64,000 nucleotides of DNA. Source: Chrysemys picta bellii (taxonomy: Eukaryota). The notes under the pieces are model-generated. The model worked only from the letters and a program-made list of their open reading frames with translations. It had not been told where the DNA came from and did not search any database. The stretch is from the NCBI RefSeq assembly GCF_011386835.1, contig NC_088802.1, forward strand, positions 54,622,001-54,686,000. Direction: 5' to 3'. The position numbers were made by a program, and so were the translations under genes. Shown piece after piece: positions 36,810 through 48,617 of the stretch. The stretch's first letter is position 1, and every line of letters starts with the position of its first letter.

Positions 36810-39800
36810 GTACGATGGGCATCTGAAGCCAAGTCGTTTTTATAATAGGGCCTCTTTGCTTTCTCAGTTTTTATTATTTTAATCGTGTTGCTAAGTGATG
36901 GGGAATCCTTCCACTTCATCAGAAACCAAAGGGGTTTGTTTGCTGAGCTAGTGACAATGGCTCGTGAACAATTCCTCTTCCAGCCCCTCTTGCTCTTGGG
37001 CATTAATGGACGTACCCTGTCCTTTGAACACGGTACCTCTGGCAATGATAATCCCAAGCCAGGAATCGGCACGTTCAGAAATGTAATGCTGGGACAGGAA
37101 GTCCCGCCTTTTGGACTCGGAGGTGGAACTTCTTGATACGCCACTTGAGCAAGAGGGAGAAAATGGCTCATGTAAAAGCAGGTGACTCATTCCCCACGGC
37201 TCTCCAGCTACATCACCGATACGTCATATGGCTTCATTTTATTGCATCTTGTCATGCCCTTCTGCTTGATGCCATATTTAAAAACAAATATATCCGTATC
37301 TAACTCGTTAACAGATTTCTTCTCCAAGCATTGGCTTTTTTGTTTAAAAAAAAAAGGGGGGGGGGGAGGTGTCCTAAACATTTCAGAAGACAAACTCAAG
37401 TTTTGCTTCATTTGCTTTGGTTCTGATCTTTTAATTTTGTTTGTTTCTCCCAAGATTTTTGTAGAATGTATTCACTGTAACCCAAACCTGTTTCCATTTA
37501 CCTGGAGTGTTTGGCTTAATGTTCTTTACAAACATCTTGCCTGCTAATGTTTGCTTTGTTTTTGCATCAACTATTTTGGAGCTAAGTTGCCCATCAAGAG
37601 TAAGTTTGGGGTTTTTTTCTTTTCTGTTTTGGGATGGTCATTTTGTTCCCCTAATAACGTCCATCGTTTTAGCTGTCCTGTCTGCCATTTTGTATATTTT
37701 CTTTGTACGTGTTTTGCTTTCATTGGAACAGAAATGGGAAACCATTGACAGTAGGGGCTCTGGAGCCAGACCCAGGGGTTCTGTGTATCTCAACACCAGT
37801 CCAAAGCCTGAATCCGCCTGGATTGTGTGGAGGGCTCCCAGATTTTCTCAACCCATTGAGTTCTTCAGTACACTCTCCTTGTGCTCCTATGTCAGGAAGG
37901 GAAACTAACTAGAACCAGGGACTGAAACTGATCAGGGGGCTGTTTGGAAAATCTCCATCAAAATGCCCTTTCCACAGAAAAGGGGGACGCTTCCCCCCCG
38001 CCCAATACTGCTTCCACCTCTCTCTGCCTTAATAGTCTCCTCCCTGCCCTGTCTGAGTGAAATATGACCAGAAGCCAGGATGAGCGTTGAGCCCAGCTGG
38101 AGTAAATCTAGCTGGAGGAGGTGGCAGTAACGCTGGGAAGGAATTTTTAGAAAATAACTTAAGTATCTGATCCTCTTTGCCCAGCCAATATTCCTCAGAG
38201 CTGCTCCCCACCGGCTTCTTCTGGGAATGAACATGCTGTGCCAAGGGGATGCCCCTTGCAGTGAGTTACAGCCTCCATCCTTGGAATTGCTCAGACACTG
38301 GTGCTCTAGATGACTAGGGAGATCTGGCACCTGCCCAGAGCGGCTTGCAATTAGCTGTGCGAGCACTTTGTACTAAGCAGTGTCAGTTTAGGTGTAAGGG
38401 CTTCCTGTTAACGGCTGAAATGCAGGCCTGTCGTTCAGCTCTGCCCAAAGAGGGCCCAGCCAGCCCTGCCCAGTCAGGTGGCGCTTGTGTAATGGCCACC
38501 ACTGCCCCCGGGAGGGGTGGGGCCACAGCATGCCCAGGGCCCCAGAATGCCTTCACCGGACCCTGTTGCAGAGGCTGCTGCGCAGTGGTTTATTGGGGGG
38601 TTGCAAATGGGGACTAGGCTGAGACCTGCTGAACTCATCTGACCCTCGGAGCCTGACTCGAGGATTTGAACCCAGACCTCTAGAGCGCACGTGCCTTTCA
38701 ATGGTTGCTAGAAATCATTAAGCTCCAGCCTCGATAGCATCATCATTCATTAATTCTTCCGTGCATTGGTTGCTCCCCCCCTCCCCCGAAGACGATGGGC
38801 ATTGTCCATGAAATCCCATTAGACACCTCCATCTCTGGCTGTAATCCCCCCGGGCCGGTGTCATGTAGCCTATGGCTAGGCGCTAGGCCATTGTGGCCAG
38901 CTCATGCCCCGCCCGGCTCTTTGCCATCCTTGCACTGAACAGTCTAATTGAGGTCCCTGAGGAAGGGCTTTCAAGCTTTTGAGTTCCAAAATAACAAACC
39001 CTGAATAATCTTCCCTAATGCCTTGCCTTGGTGGGGACCTTTTTCCCTCCCCTCCCCCTCTTTTAAACTAAATGGGGGAGAGAATTTCCTTTTGCATTGT
39101 TGTTGGGATGGGAATTTCTTGAGGCTGTCTGCTCTATCCTCTCCCTTCAAATCTCCCACCCTTGCACCTGCTCCAGGGCAGCCAGCCCCAGTCCCCCTGG
39201 TTCTGGGAGCAATGCTCATGTCCTACTGCAGAGTTAGCTCGGGCGAGCGACGCCCAGGTTGGCCTACCCCAGGTGTGAGCAGCCACACTGCAAAGCCCTG
39301 CTGGAGTTACCGTGTCCTCCACTGGTTCTGCGCTCCCACGTGCGCACCTTCAGGGCCTCTGTGGTATCGCATCGTTCTTTGTGCTAAGACATTCTGATTC
39401 ATTCACAATTGTGGGAAAACGGGGGGAATTGTGGGAAGGCACTGGAGGACTATAAGCACTTGAATGACTTGGCCTGTGTCCATACTGCAAAGTGGGCGGG
39501 TGACCAGTACGGGTTTTAGTTTGTAGCCCCAGAGGAGCCAGCTAGCCCAGGTTGGAAGCACTGCTGAACTTGGGGTCAGTGAGTTTTGTGTGTGGATGGG
39601 AGAGGGGCAACACCTGAGTAAGAGCCTGCTAATTCTGCAGTGAAGACAGACCTAGGCTATGTCTAGGATTATTCAGAGCAGGGTTAGCTGTCCAGTGCTC
39701 CCACTGATGGAGCTGTCGGTGCTAGTCTGGTGGCGAGTGTGAAGCCAGCTTTCATTACCTTTTCCCACTGCCTGTCTCATCCTATGGGAACTAGAATTGG

Positions 39801-41084
39801 AACTGGTAATCTCCATGTACTAATAATTCAACAGAAGGTCAGCCGGCAAACTTGCGTCCTATAGAGGGAGTTCTGTGAGCCGTGGCATCCTCACACTATC
39901 TCTGGCGTGTCTCGGTGCATTCCTCTTCCTCTCCCTCAGTGCCCCACTCAGTGATTGGTGCACACACTCTGTGCATCGCATTTGTGCCTTTTCCCTCTTG
40001 TCACGTGCAGTGTGTTCTGCTCCGGGGGGCAGCCCGGCATGGCACAGTTCTTTGCAAGGAGGGGTCATCCCAGCAGGCGTACCCCTTTGCCCTCCAACTT
40101 GCCACTGTCCAAATCGTATTTGGTAGACCTGGAAACCAAGCACTGATACGTGTTGCCATAGTCAGGACAGAATTACTGTAATGAGTGACGGTACCTCTCA
40201 TTAAAATCCCTTCACCTCAGCGCAGTTAGTATGTGAACCTGAAAGGAACATTTGGATACACTGGGGCTGCTTGGTGCTATCATCATAAAATAAAAGTAGA
40301 ACAAAATACTTTCAAATCAATTCCTCCTCCATGTACCATGACCTGTGAGCCACCTAAATCAACTGTCCTTGTCTCTCCTGGGCGGCCGAAATTGCAAATG
40401 ATGCAGGGGAGGAGACCCGTTCATTACTAAGGCACTGCTGGGTGGCTTAGACCCCACACCCATCTGCCGTTGGGTCCGTTCGGGTTTCTTATGGCTTAAA
40501 GAACTGAAGGGAGAGCGGTGGAGTTTTTTAATTAGGGTTTAGAATTTCCCCTGCCGTATTTACAGTTCAGTTTCCGAGCTAGGGCCTGAAAATCTGAAAA
40601 CAAAGGTGAGTGATCTCATTTCGCTGTCCCAGCAGAGTGAAAAAGAAATGCTGGAATTGGGGTAAAATTAGATAATTAAGACATAAATAAAATAATCTCG
40701 TTTTACAGATAACACTTTAGATTTCATTTCACCAGGCTAGGAAACTTGCCCATAAATAGGATCAAATTCCTCTTACTCACGGGATCTTGACCGATCAATA
40801 AAGGACTAACTCAAAAATTAAAACGCAAAGACTTCCGCAAATCCCCTTGGGACTTCACTGTTGCTATTGACTTCATGTGGAAGTTGCACAGATACTGTGG
40901 TGATGGGTGGCAGAATAAAACTCTCAGATAGATAGGTTTGCAACTGAAGCCTACTCTTGTACTGACTTGGGGTCTTAAACAGACATTACCAAGTTCAGCA
41001 GCACAGCTTCTACTACCAAGCGGCTCACCTGATTACTGACCATAGCCAGAACATATTTCTTAATCTCCCTCTTCTCCTCCACAG

Positions 41085-41165
41085 TACTCTCCCAGCATGC
41101 GAGCTACGTATCTTTCTGTCAACGATGAGCATATAAGACATTATGGCAACGAATTCCCAGCCTAA
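41085..41165 (+). CDS. TTYH2: TTYH2 coding exon 14 (YSPSMRATYLSVNDEHIRHYGNEFPA*)
   Basis: Pyrimidine tract plus ACAG|, TAA at 41163-41165. The joined CDS is 1611 nt (536 aa) with no frame break. Confidence 0.95.
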   Translation, partial: YSPSMRATYLSVNDEHIRHYGNEFPA

Positions 41166-42360
41166 CGCGTGCTCTCCCTGAGCAACTTCCAAGAGATGAA
41201 AACATGAACAGCATTTCTGCAACGGAAACCAAAGGCAACTGGAAAGCGCATGAAACAAAAAGGCCTCTTGCTGGAGAAGAGAAGGGACAGGAGCCAACAG
41301 GAGAGATCTGGAGCTGGTTCTGGCTGAAGGACAAATTGCAGGTCAAAAGCTGATGGTTGCTGGAAGCCCAGAGCATGTTCCGTGTGCTCTGCAGATCCCT
41401 CCTGTATCATCTGGCAGCTTTTGCTCACGTTTAGTCTTCCTCTCTGAAGTGCACATGGGACGGTGCCCACAGCCTCCATTCTCAACTAACGTCCCTCACG
41501 CCCTTCGCTTGAAACCTGGTTTCCCTCTCTCCACCCATCCCCCGCGTGGAGCAGGGATTCCAGCTGGCTTGTGATACAACAGGCTAGGTGCTGCCACCTC
41601 TCTGCCTCGCCGGCCTGGGGGGCTGGATATGGCTCTCTGCCATTTCTAGCATGACAGCCGCTGCCAATTTGAAGACTGAAGCAGCTTTGTGCATGGGGTG
41701 GGTCCCTCTTTGCTTCCTATTTGCACCAACTTGGGGTTATTTTATGTATTGGAGGGCCTTTGGCGGGCTTCCTTTTATAACTAGTTAGGTGTGAATAACA
41801 AGACCAGTACACTGTCCAAATACACAGAACACAGGCACATCCACTGTTCAGTATCGCGCACAACCACCTTGCAAAGTGGGGAGATGCTCCTCACTCCTGC
41901 AGCAATGCAATACCAACCACTAGTGATTCCAGCTTCCTTTTGAGGGTCCCAGTGGGTGGGCTTGCATCATGACGGCATCCTCCCCACACTCTCTGTAGCA
42001 CCTGTTTGGTATGTATGATACCAGACCTACACACTTCCCCTCACCTGTCCTGCGGTCCATTTGCTACTGGAATAAGCCAGGATGGTCTCTGGTGTTCGAG
42101 ACTTCACAGTAAGTAGAATAATTATTTGTCCTTGTATTATTTTTTGCTGGTATCTTTTTTCCACCAGTGGTTTTATCGACTATCCAAAGAACAGACATAC
42201 ACAGCACATTTTTTTGCCTTTTTTAGAAGGGTTTTTTTGGTTTTGCATGGTTTTTATATAAAAATCTTTTGCAGGTCTTGTCATTTTTTTTGGCACCGAT
42301 TTTTTGTTCCTAGAACAAATATTTAGAAAATATTTTAATCCAAACCCTGAGATAATTTTA
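41166..42360 (+). other. TTYH2: TTYH2 3' UTR (3' limit uncertain)
   Basis: Follows the stop codon and includes a U-rich block at 42120-42360. No unambiguous AATAAA until 43573-43578. Confidence 0.5.
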
Positions 42361-44242
42361 AGAATCGTGTGAGAGGCTGCATCTCGTTCAGGCCCTTTTC
42401 TCCTGCCACTCAGCGTGGCGGATAGCAGCCACTTTTGTCCCATCGTGTGGTGGGAAGTGGCAGCTCTGCGACTCCGTCCCCACAGCCGTTGAAATGGTGT
42501 TAGCAGCAAGTGGTATGTGGCACTTCTTTCAATTCTGAGGAGTGTGGACGTTGCTGAGCTAAAGAGTGCTATAGACTAAACCCAACAGAAGGTTCTCAAG
42601 AAAACTCCCCTGTTCACACTGATCAGAGAAACCTGTTAGCTACAATAGTCTTGTAACACAGCTGTTGCCAACACTATTTTCTCTTAGTGTAGACAAGACC
42701 TCAGTTACCTCCTCTCCCTTCCATAATCAAAGAAAGTACAGGTTCACCCTTTGCCATCCTCCTCACTTCTCCTTTGGGACAGGAGAGAATACCTAGTCAG
42801 CAGTCAGCAGAAATGCTAATTTCTGGATTCACAGGATTAAAAGACCCAGATGGAAAGAGAGATTTTTCTACCCACTTGATCCGTCTGGGTCCGTCCTCTT
42901 CCCATGGTTAAATACAGCCCTAGCATAAGCATTTGAGCTCCATTTGAAATCAATGAGGTTGCATCTGCTTGCACCAGAACTGAATTTGAATCATGGTTCC
43001 TCCTAAGCTGTGGAGCTGTACCCCCGACAAGACTGTGCTCTCAAACAGGGAGAAAAGCCAGCCTGCAGCCACCACCTCAGAACAGAGCAATTGGTCCAGG
43101 GTTCGTTCCACCCAAGCACAAAAAAACAGAAACTCTCAACCCTGGATCGTGCCAGGTTGGTTGGATGGCATTGGCCCAGCCTGCCCTGCTGGTGCTGAGC
43201 TATCCTTCCGCATTCATTTTTGCTCTTCTTAGCCTAACGCTGTGGTTGCGATGCTAAAACTGAACAGGCTCTTCGTCCTCAACTGTGCGGAGCTGCCCTC
43301 CCAGGCATGCAGACGCCTCGTGGAGGTTTTATTACCTGGGTCTTTTAAAGATAATTGTACATATCAGGCACCATAACATTGTTTGTACGTCCATGTTACG
43401 CGTGACTAGCGGTAGGGTATGGTTGAAAATCTTCATTTTTGCTTTTAATGTTTCAGTGTAACAGTACTGGTAGAAGAGCTGTTTTTAAACGCATGTGAAT
43501 TAACCTCATTCTGGGCTCCTTGGAGGAACTGGGAGTCCGGCTTGATTTGTATGTACCCTCCAGGAAGGAGACAATAAAAACTTGGACTAAACATTCATCT
43601 CCTTTTGATCCTTATTAGGGCAAGATGGTGTCTGCCAACATCTTCCTTGACTTGCATAGATGAGGGTTCAGTCTATCCTAGCCTGGTCTCCAGAGCTGGG
43701 CGCACACTGCAGCCAACAGTTAGCTGCAGGAACAGTTTGCCGCAAATGCTGAATTGAGTATTTTATCTCCGCAATCCAAGATGTCTTTTGATTGGGCACA
43801 GGTCACGTGCTATTGCTTCCATTCCCTGACTGACTCATTTATAATCAGGTTTCTGCTGCAAATGCTCACAATCATGCACGGATTATTTAAATGTTGAGGT
43901 GCCCTAGTCCTACAGTGCTATTCAAACCCACATAGATCTGTGGATTTGAACTTGACTTTCTGCCAATAGACTACAATATTCACTTCATGGTTTGCCTTTG
44001 CTGCAAATATTCACACCAGCAAACGGATTTGCTAGAGTGTTTACAAGGAACACAAATGTAGTTAAACGAAAGTTGTTTAAAAAATCTCTGGAATGCAGGG
44101 TCTTTCCCCCCCCCCAGTACTTGCCTAGCTCTAATTGTTTAATTTCAGAGCATGAGAAAGTTCTTCCAGATATAAGGATGCTAGAGCCCGGCTACTTGAT
44201 ACAGAGAGCAGTGCCACCTTATGGTCTAACTTGTTTGTGTAA

Positions 44243-44576
44243 TACAGTGGAACCTCAGCGTTCCGAACACCTCGGGAATGGAGGTTGCTCGTAACTCTAA
44301 AATGTTCGTAACTGAACAAAAACTTACGGTTCTTCTTTCAAAAGTTTACAACTGAACATTGACTTAACACAGCTTTGAAACTTTACTACGCAGAAGAAAA
44401 ATGCTGCTTTCCCTTGATTTTGTAATAGTTTACGTTTAACACAGTACTGTGCTGTATTTGCTTTTTTTCCCCTCTCTCTGCTGCTGCCTGATTGTGTACT
44501 TCCGGTTCCAAATGAGGTGTGTGGGTGATTGGTCAGTTCGTAACCCTGGTGTTCGTAACTTTGAGGTTCTGCTGTA
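44243..44576. mobile_element. Tc1/mariner-Tigger-like MITE with TA target duplication
   Basis: Left TACAGTGGAACCTCAGCGTTCCGAACACC versus reverse complement of the right end TACAGCAGAACCTCAAAGTTACGAACACC: a 29-nt imperfect TIR including the terminal TA. Confidence 0.85.
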
Positions 44577-45129
44577 GATGGATACCGCACAATGTATTTA
44601 ATTTGCATTAAATTAAAAACACCCAGGTCGCACTCCCAACACCTCGACTGCAGTTAGTGCCCTCTAATTCATGTTCGGAACCCACTTGAGCGTTGCAAAT
44701 GTTTAGTTTTTAAATTGTATTAGACACATGCCAGTATCTAAGGATATTAATCTAGGTTTTTAAAAGACTGAAATGGCACCATGTGTGTCATGGTTATTAC
44801 CAAAGCTGTTTTTTAGGGCCAGGATATCAAATTTGGGTTTTATTGCTGCTAACAAGGATGGCAGTAAAAGCTCCAGAATGTGGGATCCAGGGAGCAGTTT
44901 ACAACGCAGGTAGGTGTGGTGCCTCAACTGGGACCTGGGTGTCTGAGGACAGCTCAGTCTCTCTGGCCCATTTTATTCTTGACCTATCTGCTGGACATGC
45001 CAGCAGGCCTGGCTATCACAATGGCTGATTTTGTGAGGTAGTACTAAATGGGCAGCTCTAAACAGAGCCGTGCCTTTCCCAGGAATTCCCATACTGTGTC
45101 AAACTCATAGTCAATCTGCCTCATTATCT

Positions 45130-45405
45130 TCTCTAACAGTGCCAGCACCAGATGCTTTAGAGGAACGTGCAAGAAACCCCATAAGATGCAGTGAGATCAT
45201 CTTCTCGTTAAGGAAGTCTCCTCACATCTAACCATGATTGGCCTAAGTCCTGAAGCATAAAAATTCTTATTCCATCAAAACTTTTTTTTAGTATTGGAAC
45301 TCTGGATATTTTGGTTATCAATATAAATGTCCAGTTCCTCCATGAATTTTGCTAAATTGTTGGCTTCAATACCCTGTCAGTGAGTTCCACAGTCTAACTA
45401 TGCAT
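45130..45405 (-). mobile_element. Decayed CR1 3' fragment
   Basis: gcaccagatgctttagagg...tgtccagttcctccatgaattttgctaaattgttggcttcaatacc...gagttccacagtctaac resembles the CR1 reverse strand. Similar scraps lie near 48400 and 51660. Confidence 0.45.
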
Positions 45406-46939
45406 TATTGATTGCCAAGCTGCTGCTTATGGAGAAAGGAAATCAGATGTTAACATCTGATCATTGCGGACCTGGGACAGCTTTGAACAGGTGGTCACCT
45501 GTGGGAAGGTTCTATATCCCATTAGTACAGTACAATTTTGAATAACAGGATTAAAAAAATTTGACAAAATAGGGGTGGGGGGATTTCAGCTCTTTCCCAC
45601 GCACCCCAAAAAAGGGGGCCATGGCAAATTGTAGGCAATGCACATTCCTCCTTTAGCTGTTAAAAGCGATTTTAGCCACAGCCATGGTGTCAGGTGAATT
45701 GACTGTGCTGTCTTAAGGGTTGCAGTAGAGTTCAGCATTCTCCATCTTCCTCCTCTGGTATCCCAGGATTCTTTCAGTGACTCATGCTTTTACTGAATGG
45801 TTTCCAATGCCATCTAGTTTTCACATTGAGCTCTCCTTATTATGTATTCTGCTCCATCTCTCCCCGCTCCTTGCAGTAGTGTCTGGAAATAAGCTGGGGG
45901 TAGATAATGGCTGTTTTGATAGCGAATGGAACTGCTTATAAATGTTGGCAGCACATGGCTGTTGCGTCACTCAGCGCTGTAATAAATCATTAATATAATG
46001 TAAAAAAAGTAGCAGCTTTTCCCTCTGACTTTTTGTAAAGCCCCTCATCTATGCACTGAACAGCTGGCTGGGATGAGATCTAGTCCCTGTGGTGGGCTTG
46101 GGCTGAAAGCTGTTCACTTCAATCAAAACTTCCTCAGAGTAGTGGTGGGGGGTTTTTCCCCTAGGCCGCCAGTGAGTTTTACATTTTGGCTGCCGTTTAA
46201 TGGATGAAAATAACGGTCCGTGTGCACCAACGTGCAGCCAGTTTTCTTTCAGCTCCTAGGTTCCTAAGGTAGGAGTCATGACCTGGTCCAAGGGTGTGTG
46301 ATCATCATTCTGTATGGCTAGATGGGCGGAGCCCCGACCATCCTTCTTTCTGATGTAAATGGGGATTGTGCTCTGGTACAGAGGGAGCCGCTACTCTGCC
46401 GCTGTATCTCAGTCCAAAGGTGTAACGTCCCCTACTGTTCCAGCCCTGGGCCTCCATGCAGTCCTAACGCACTCCGGCCTGAGCTGCCTCTAGCCTCTTC
46501 CACCCCCAGCTTTGGCCGAGCGCGTCCGTCCACCCTCCCGCCTGCCGTGCCGCGGCTCGTCGGAGCAGCCGTCGGGGCCCCCGCCCCTCCCGGCGTAGTG
46601 CGGGCCAGTAACTAGTCTGGGGGCCAGGCGGGGCTGTCGGAGCCGCTGCATCCCAGGGCAGCACAGAGCCTCTTCGCGGGCTGGTCCCACCAACTCTTCC
46701 CGGCCTGCAAAGGCCTCGTGCCGGGAGCCAGCCCACGCCGCGTGTTCCCCAAGGCAGGCCTAGGGCGCGAGGCCAGGCTGGGTGGGGCCTGCGGGGGCAG
46801 GGGCCTAGGCCATGGTGATGGGGGAGTAGCACTGGGGGAGGAGGGGACTGGGGGATGAGCCATACCCCTTCTTCTTCTCCCCCCCCCCCGCCCTGCTCCC
46901 TCCTGTAACAGCCTTGCTCTGCCCCTCCCCTCCCCCCCC

Positions 46940-46951
46940 CAAGATGGCGGC
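46940..46951 (+). promoter_or_regulatory. YY1 consensus site
   Basis: Exact CAAGATGGCGGC. Confidence 0.7.
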
Positions 46952-46966
46952 GGCGGCTCCCGGCCC

Positions 46967-46976
46967 GTCACGTGAC
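46967..46976. promoter_or_regulatory. Perfect palindromic E-box (USF/MiT-TFE type)
   Basis: GTCACGTGAC. Confidence 0.65.
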
Positions 46977-47000
46977 TGCTCCGCTTGCAGTCCCCGCCGG

Positions 47001-47015
47001 CGTTGCTGGGCAACG
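47001..47015. promoter_or_regulatory. RFX X-box
   Basis: CGTTGC-TGG-GCAACG palindrome fits the GTTGCY-N-GGCAAC consensus. X-boxes are expected in ciliary gene promoters. Confidence 0.8.
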
Positions 47016-47289
47016 GGGACACGCTGCCCGCGGCTGCAGAGAGCCGGGCCCGGAGCGGATCTGCCCCCCGCCGGGTAAGGGAGGGAGGGAGGGAGGGGCC
47101 CTGCGGCTCGGGGGCCCCCCCCGGGTAAGGGAGGGAGGGGCCCTGTGGCTCAGCCCCCCCCCCGTCAGCCCTGCCCCCCTTTCTCCTACCCAGCGCTGCT
47201 GCCCCCTGCCTTGGGGCGCCCCTCGTGCAGCGCCTGGCACAGCGGGCACCCTCAGGCGCCGATGCACTAGGGCTCTGCTGGGGCAGTGC

Positions 47290-47988
47290 ATGGGCCAAGG
47301 GCGCAGAGCGGGGCCGGTAGCCGGGACTCCTGGGTTCGCTCTGCTAGGAGCCATGTGTGGGGCTGAGGGCGCAGAGTGGGGCCGGCAGCCGGGACTCCTG
47401 GGTTCGCTCTGCTAGGAGCCATGTGTGGGGCCGAGGGCACAGAGCGGGGCCGGCAGCCGGGACTCCTGGGTTCGCTCTGCTAGGAGCCATGTGTGGGGCT
47501 GAGGGCGCAGAGTGGGGCCGGCAGCTGGGACTCCTGGGTTCGCTCTGCTAGGAGCCATGTGTGGGGCCGAGGGCACAGAGCGGGGCCGGCAGCCGGGACT
47601 CCTGGGTTCGCTCTGCTAGGAGCCATGTGTGGGGCTGAGGGCGCAGAGCGGGGCCGGCAGCCGGGACTCCTGGGTTCGCTCTGCTAGGAGCCGTGTGTGG
47701 GGCCAAGGGCGCAGAGCGGGGCTGGCAGGTGGGACTCCTGGGTTCGCTCTGCTAGGAGCCATGTGTGGGGCTGAGGGCGCAGAGTGGGGCCGGCAGCCGG
47801 GACTCCTGGGTTCGCTCTGCTAGGAGCCATGTGTGGGGCCGAGGGCACAGAGCGGGGCCGGCAGCCGGGACTCCTGGGTTCGCTCTGCTAGGAGCCATGT
47901 GTGGGGCTGAGGGCGCAGAGTGGGGCAGGCAGCCGGGACTCCTGGGTTCGCTCTGCTAGGAGCCACGTGTGGGGCTGAGGGCGCAGAG
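47290..47988. repeat. 68-bp minisatellite (~10 copies) with alternating variants (136-bp dimer)
   Basis: The anchor ccgggactcc recurs at 47321, 47389 and on to 47933. Units alternate gctgagggcgcagagtgg and gccgagggcacagagcgg. Confidence 0.95.
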
Positions 47989-48617
47989 GTTTGTGCTGCT
48001 TTAACTGTATTGGTTTGAAATTGTATCCTTAAAGAGGTCTGACCCTCTAGCATGGACACAGTTCTACCAGCATAAAGGTGCTTGCCTCAGTTTATTCCTG
48101 TAAACACTCCTGTAATCATGATTAGAGGAATAAGCTCTACCAGCGTAAGGCACCTTTATACTCCCATAACTGCGTCCATGCTACGGGTGTATGGTTTTAA
48201 CAATAAAAAAACCCACCGCCTCCCAACTGAAATAGTTAAATGGGGGGGAAACCGTGTAGACCAGGGGTTGCTCTTTAAAGGCCAAGGCCCCCATCTCATG
48301 ACTGTGCAATCATAGGTCAAAGGAAATGGTGGGAAAGCCTGTTGCATGCTAGATCCATTTAAGGAAGTAGGGACACGCTTACAAAACAGAGCGATAGAAA
48401 TCAGAGAGGCAAGACCCACTGGATCATCCAGTCCAGGATTGTTCCCTAATTTAAACTCTCTCATCATTTCTAAACACAGAGTGTAATCCCTTGCGGTAGG
48501 GACTACATCTTTCTGTGTCCCCCATGGAGCATCTGCTGTGCAACACAGCAGTAAAACGGCAAGTTTGAAGCAGTGCAAAGGTGCAACGTTTCCTTCTCCC
48601 TCGCCTCAGCAGGCACC

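Larger units (their letters stand above)
46940..47074 (+). other. DNAI2: Putative first (non-coding) exon of DNAI2; 5' limit unknown
   Basis: Donor CGG|GTAAGG at 47075 inside the CpG island. The ATG exon has an acceptor only 5-8 nt before its ATG, so an upstream exon is required. Confidence 0.55.
46450..47300 (+). promoter_or_regulatory. DNAI2: CpG-island promoter of DNAI2
   Basis: CpG-dense island within AT-richer flanks, about 1.5 kb upstream of the DNAI2 ATG exon. Contains the motifs listed separately. Confidence 0.8.

Noticed and set aside
37507-37908. 133-aa hydrophobic ORF as a separate membrane protein
   Set aside because: GTG start, and the Phe/Leu/Val richness follows from U-rich DNA. 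Only the part bounded by splice-like sites is kept as a weak candidate exon.
41166-44700. Exact TTYH2 polyadenylation site
   Set aside because: Candidates (ATTAAA near 42835, AATAAA at 43573) cannot be ranked without 3'-end data.
47357-47959. Four near-identical 64-aa ORFs
   Set aside because: Direct consequence of the 136-bp repeat dimer.
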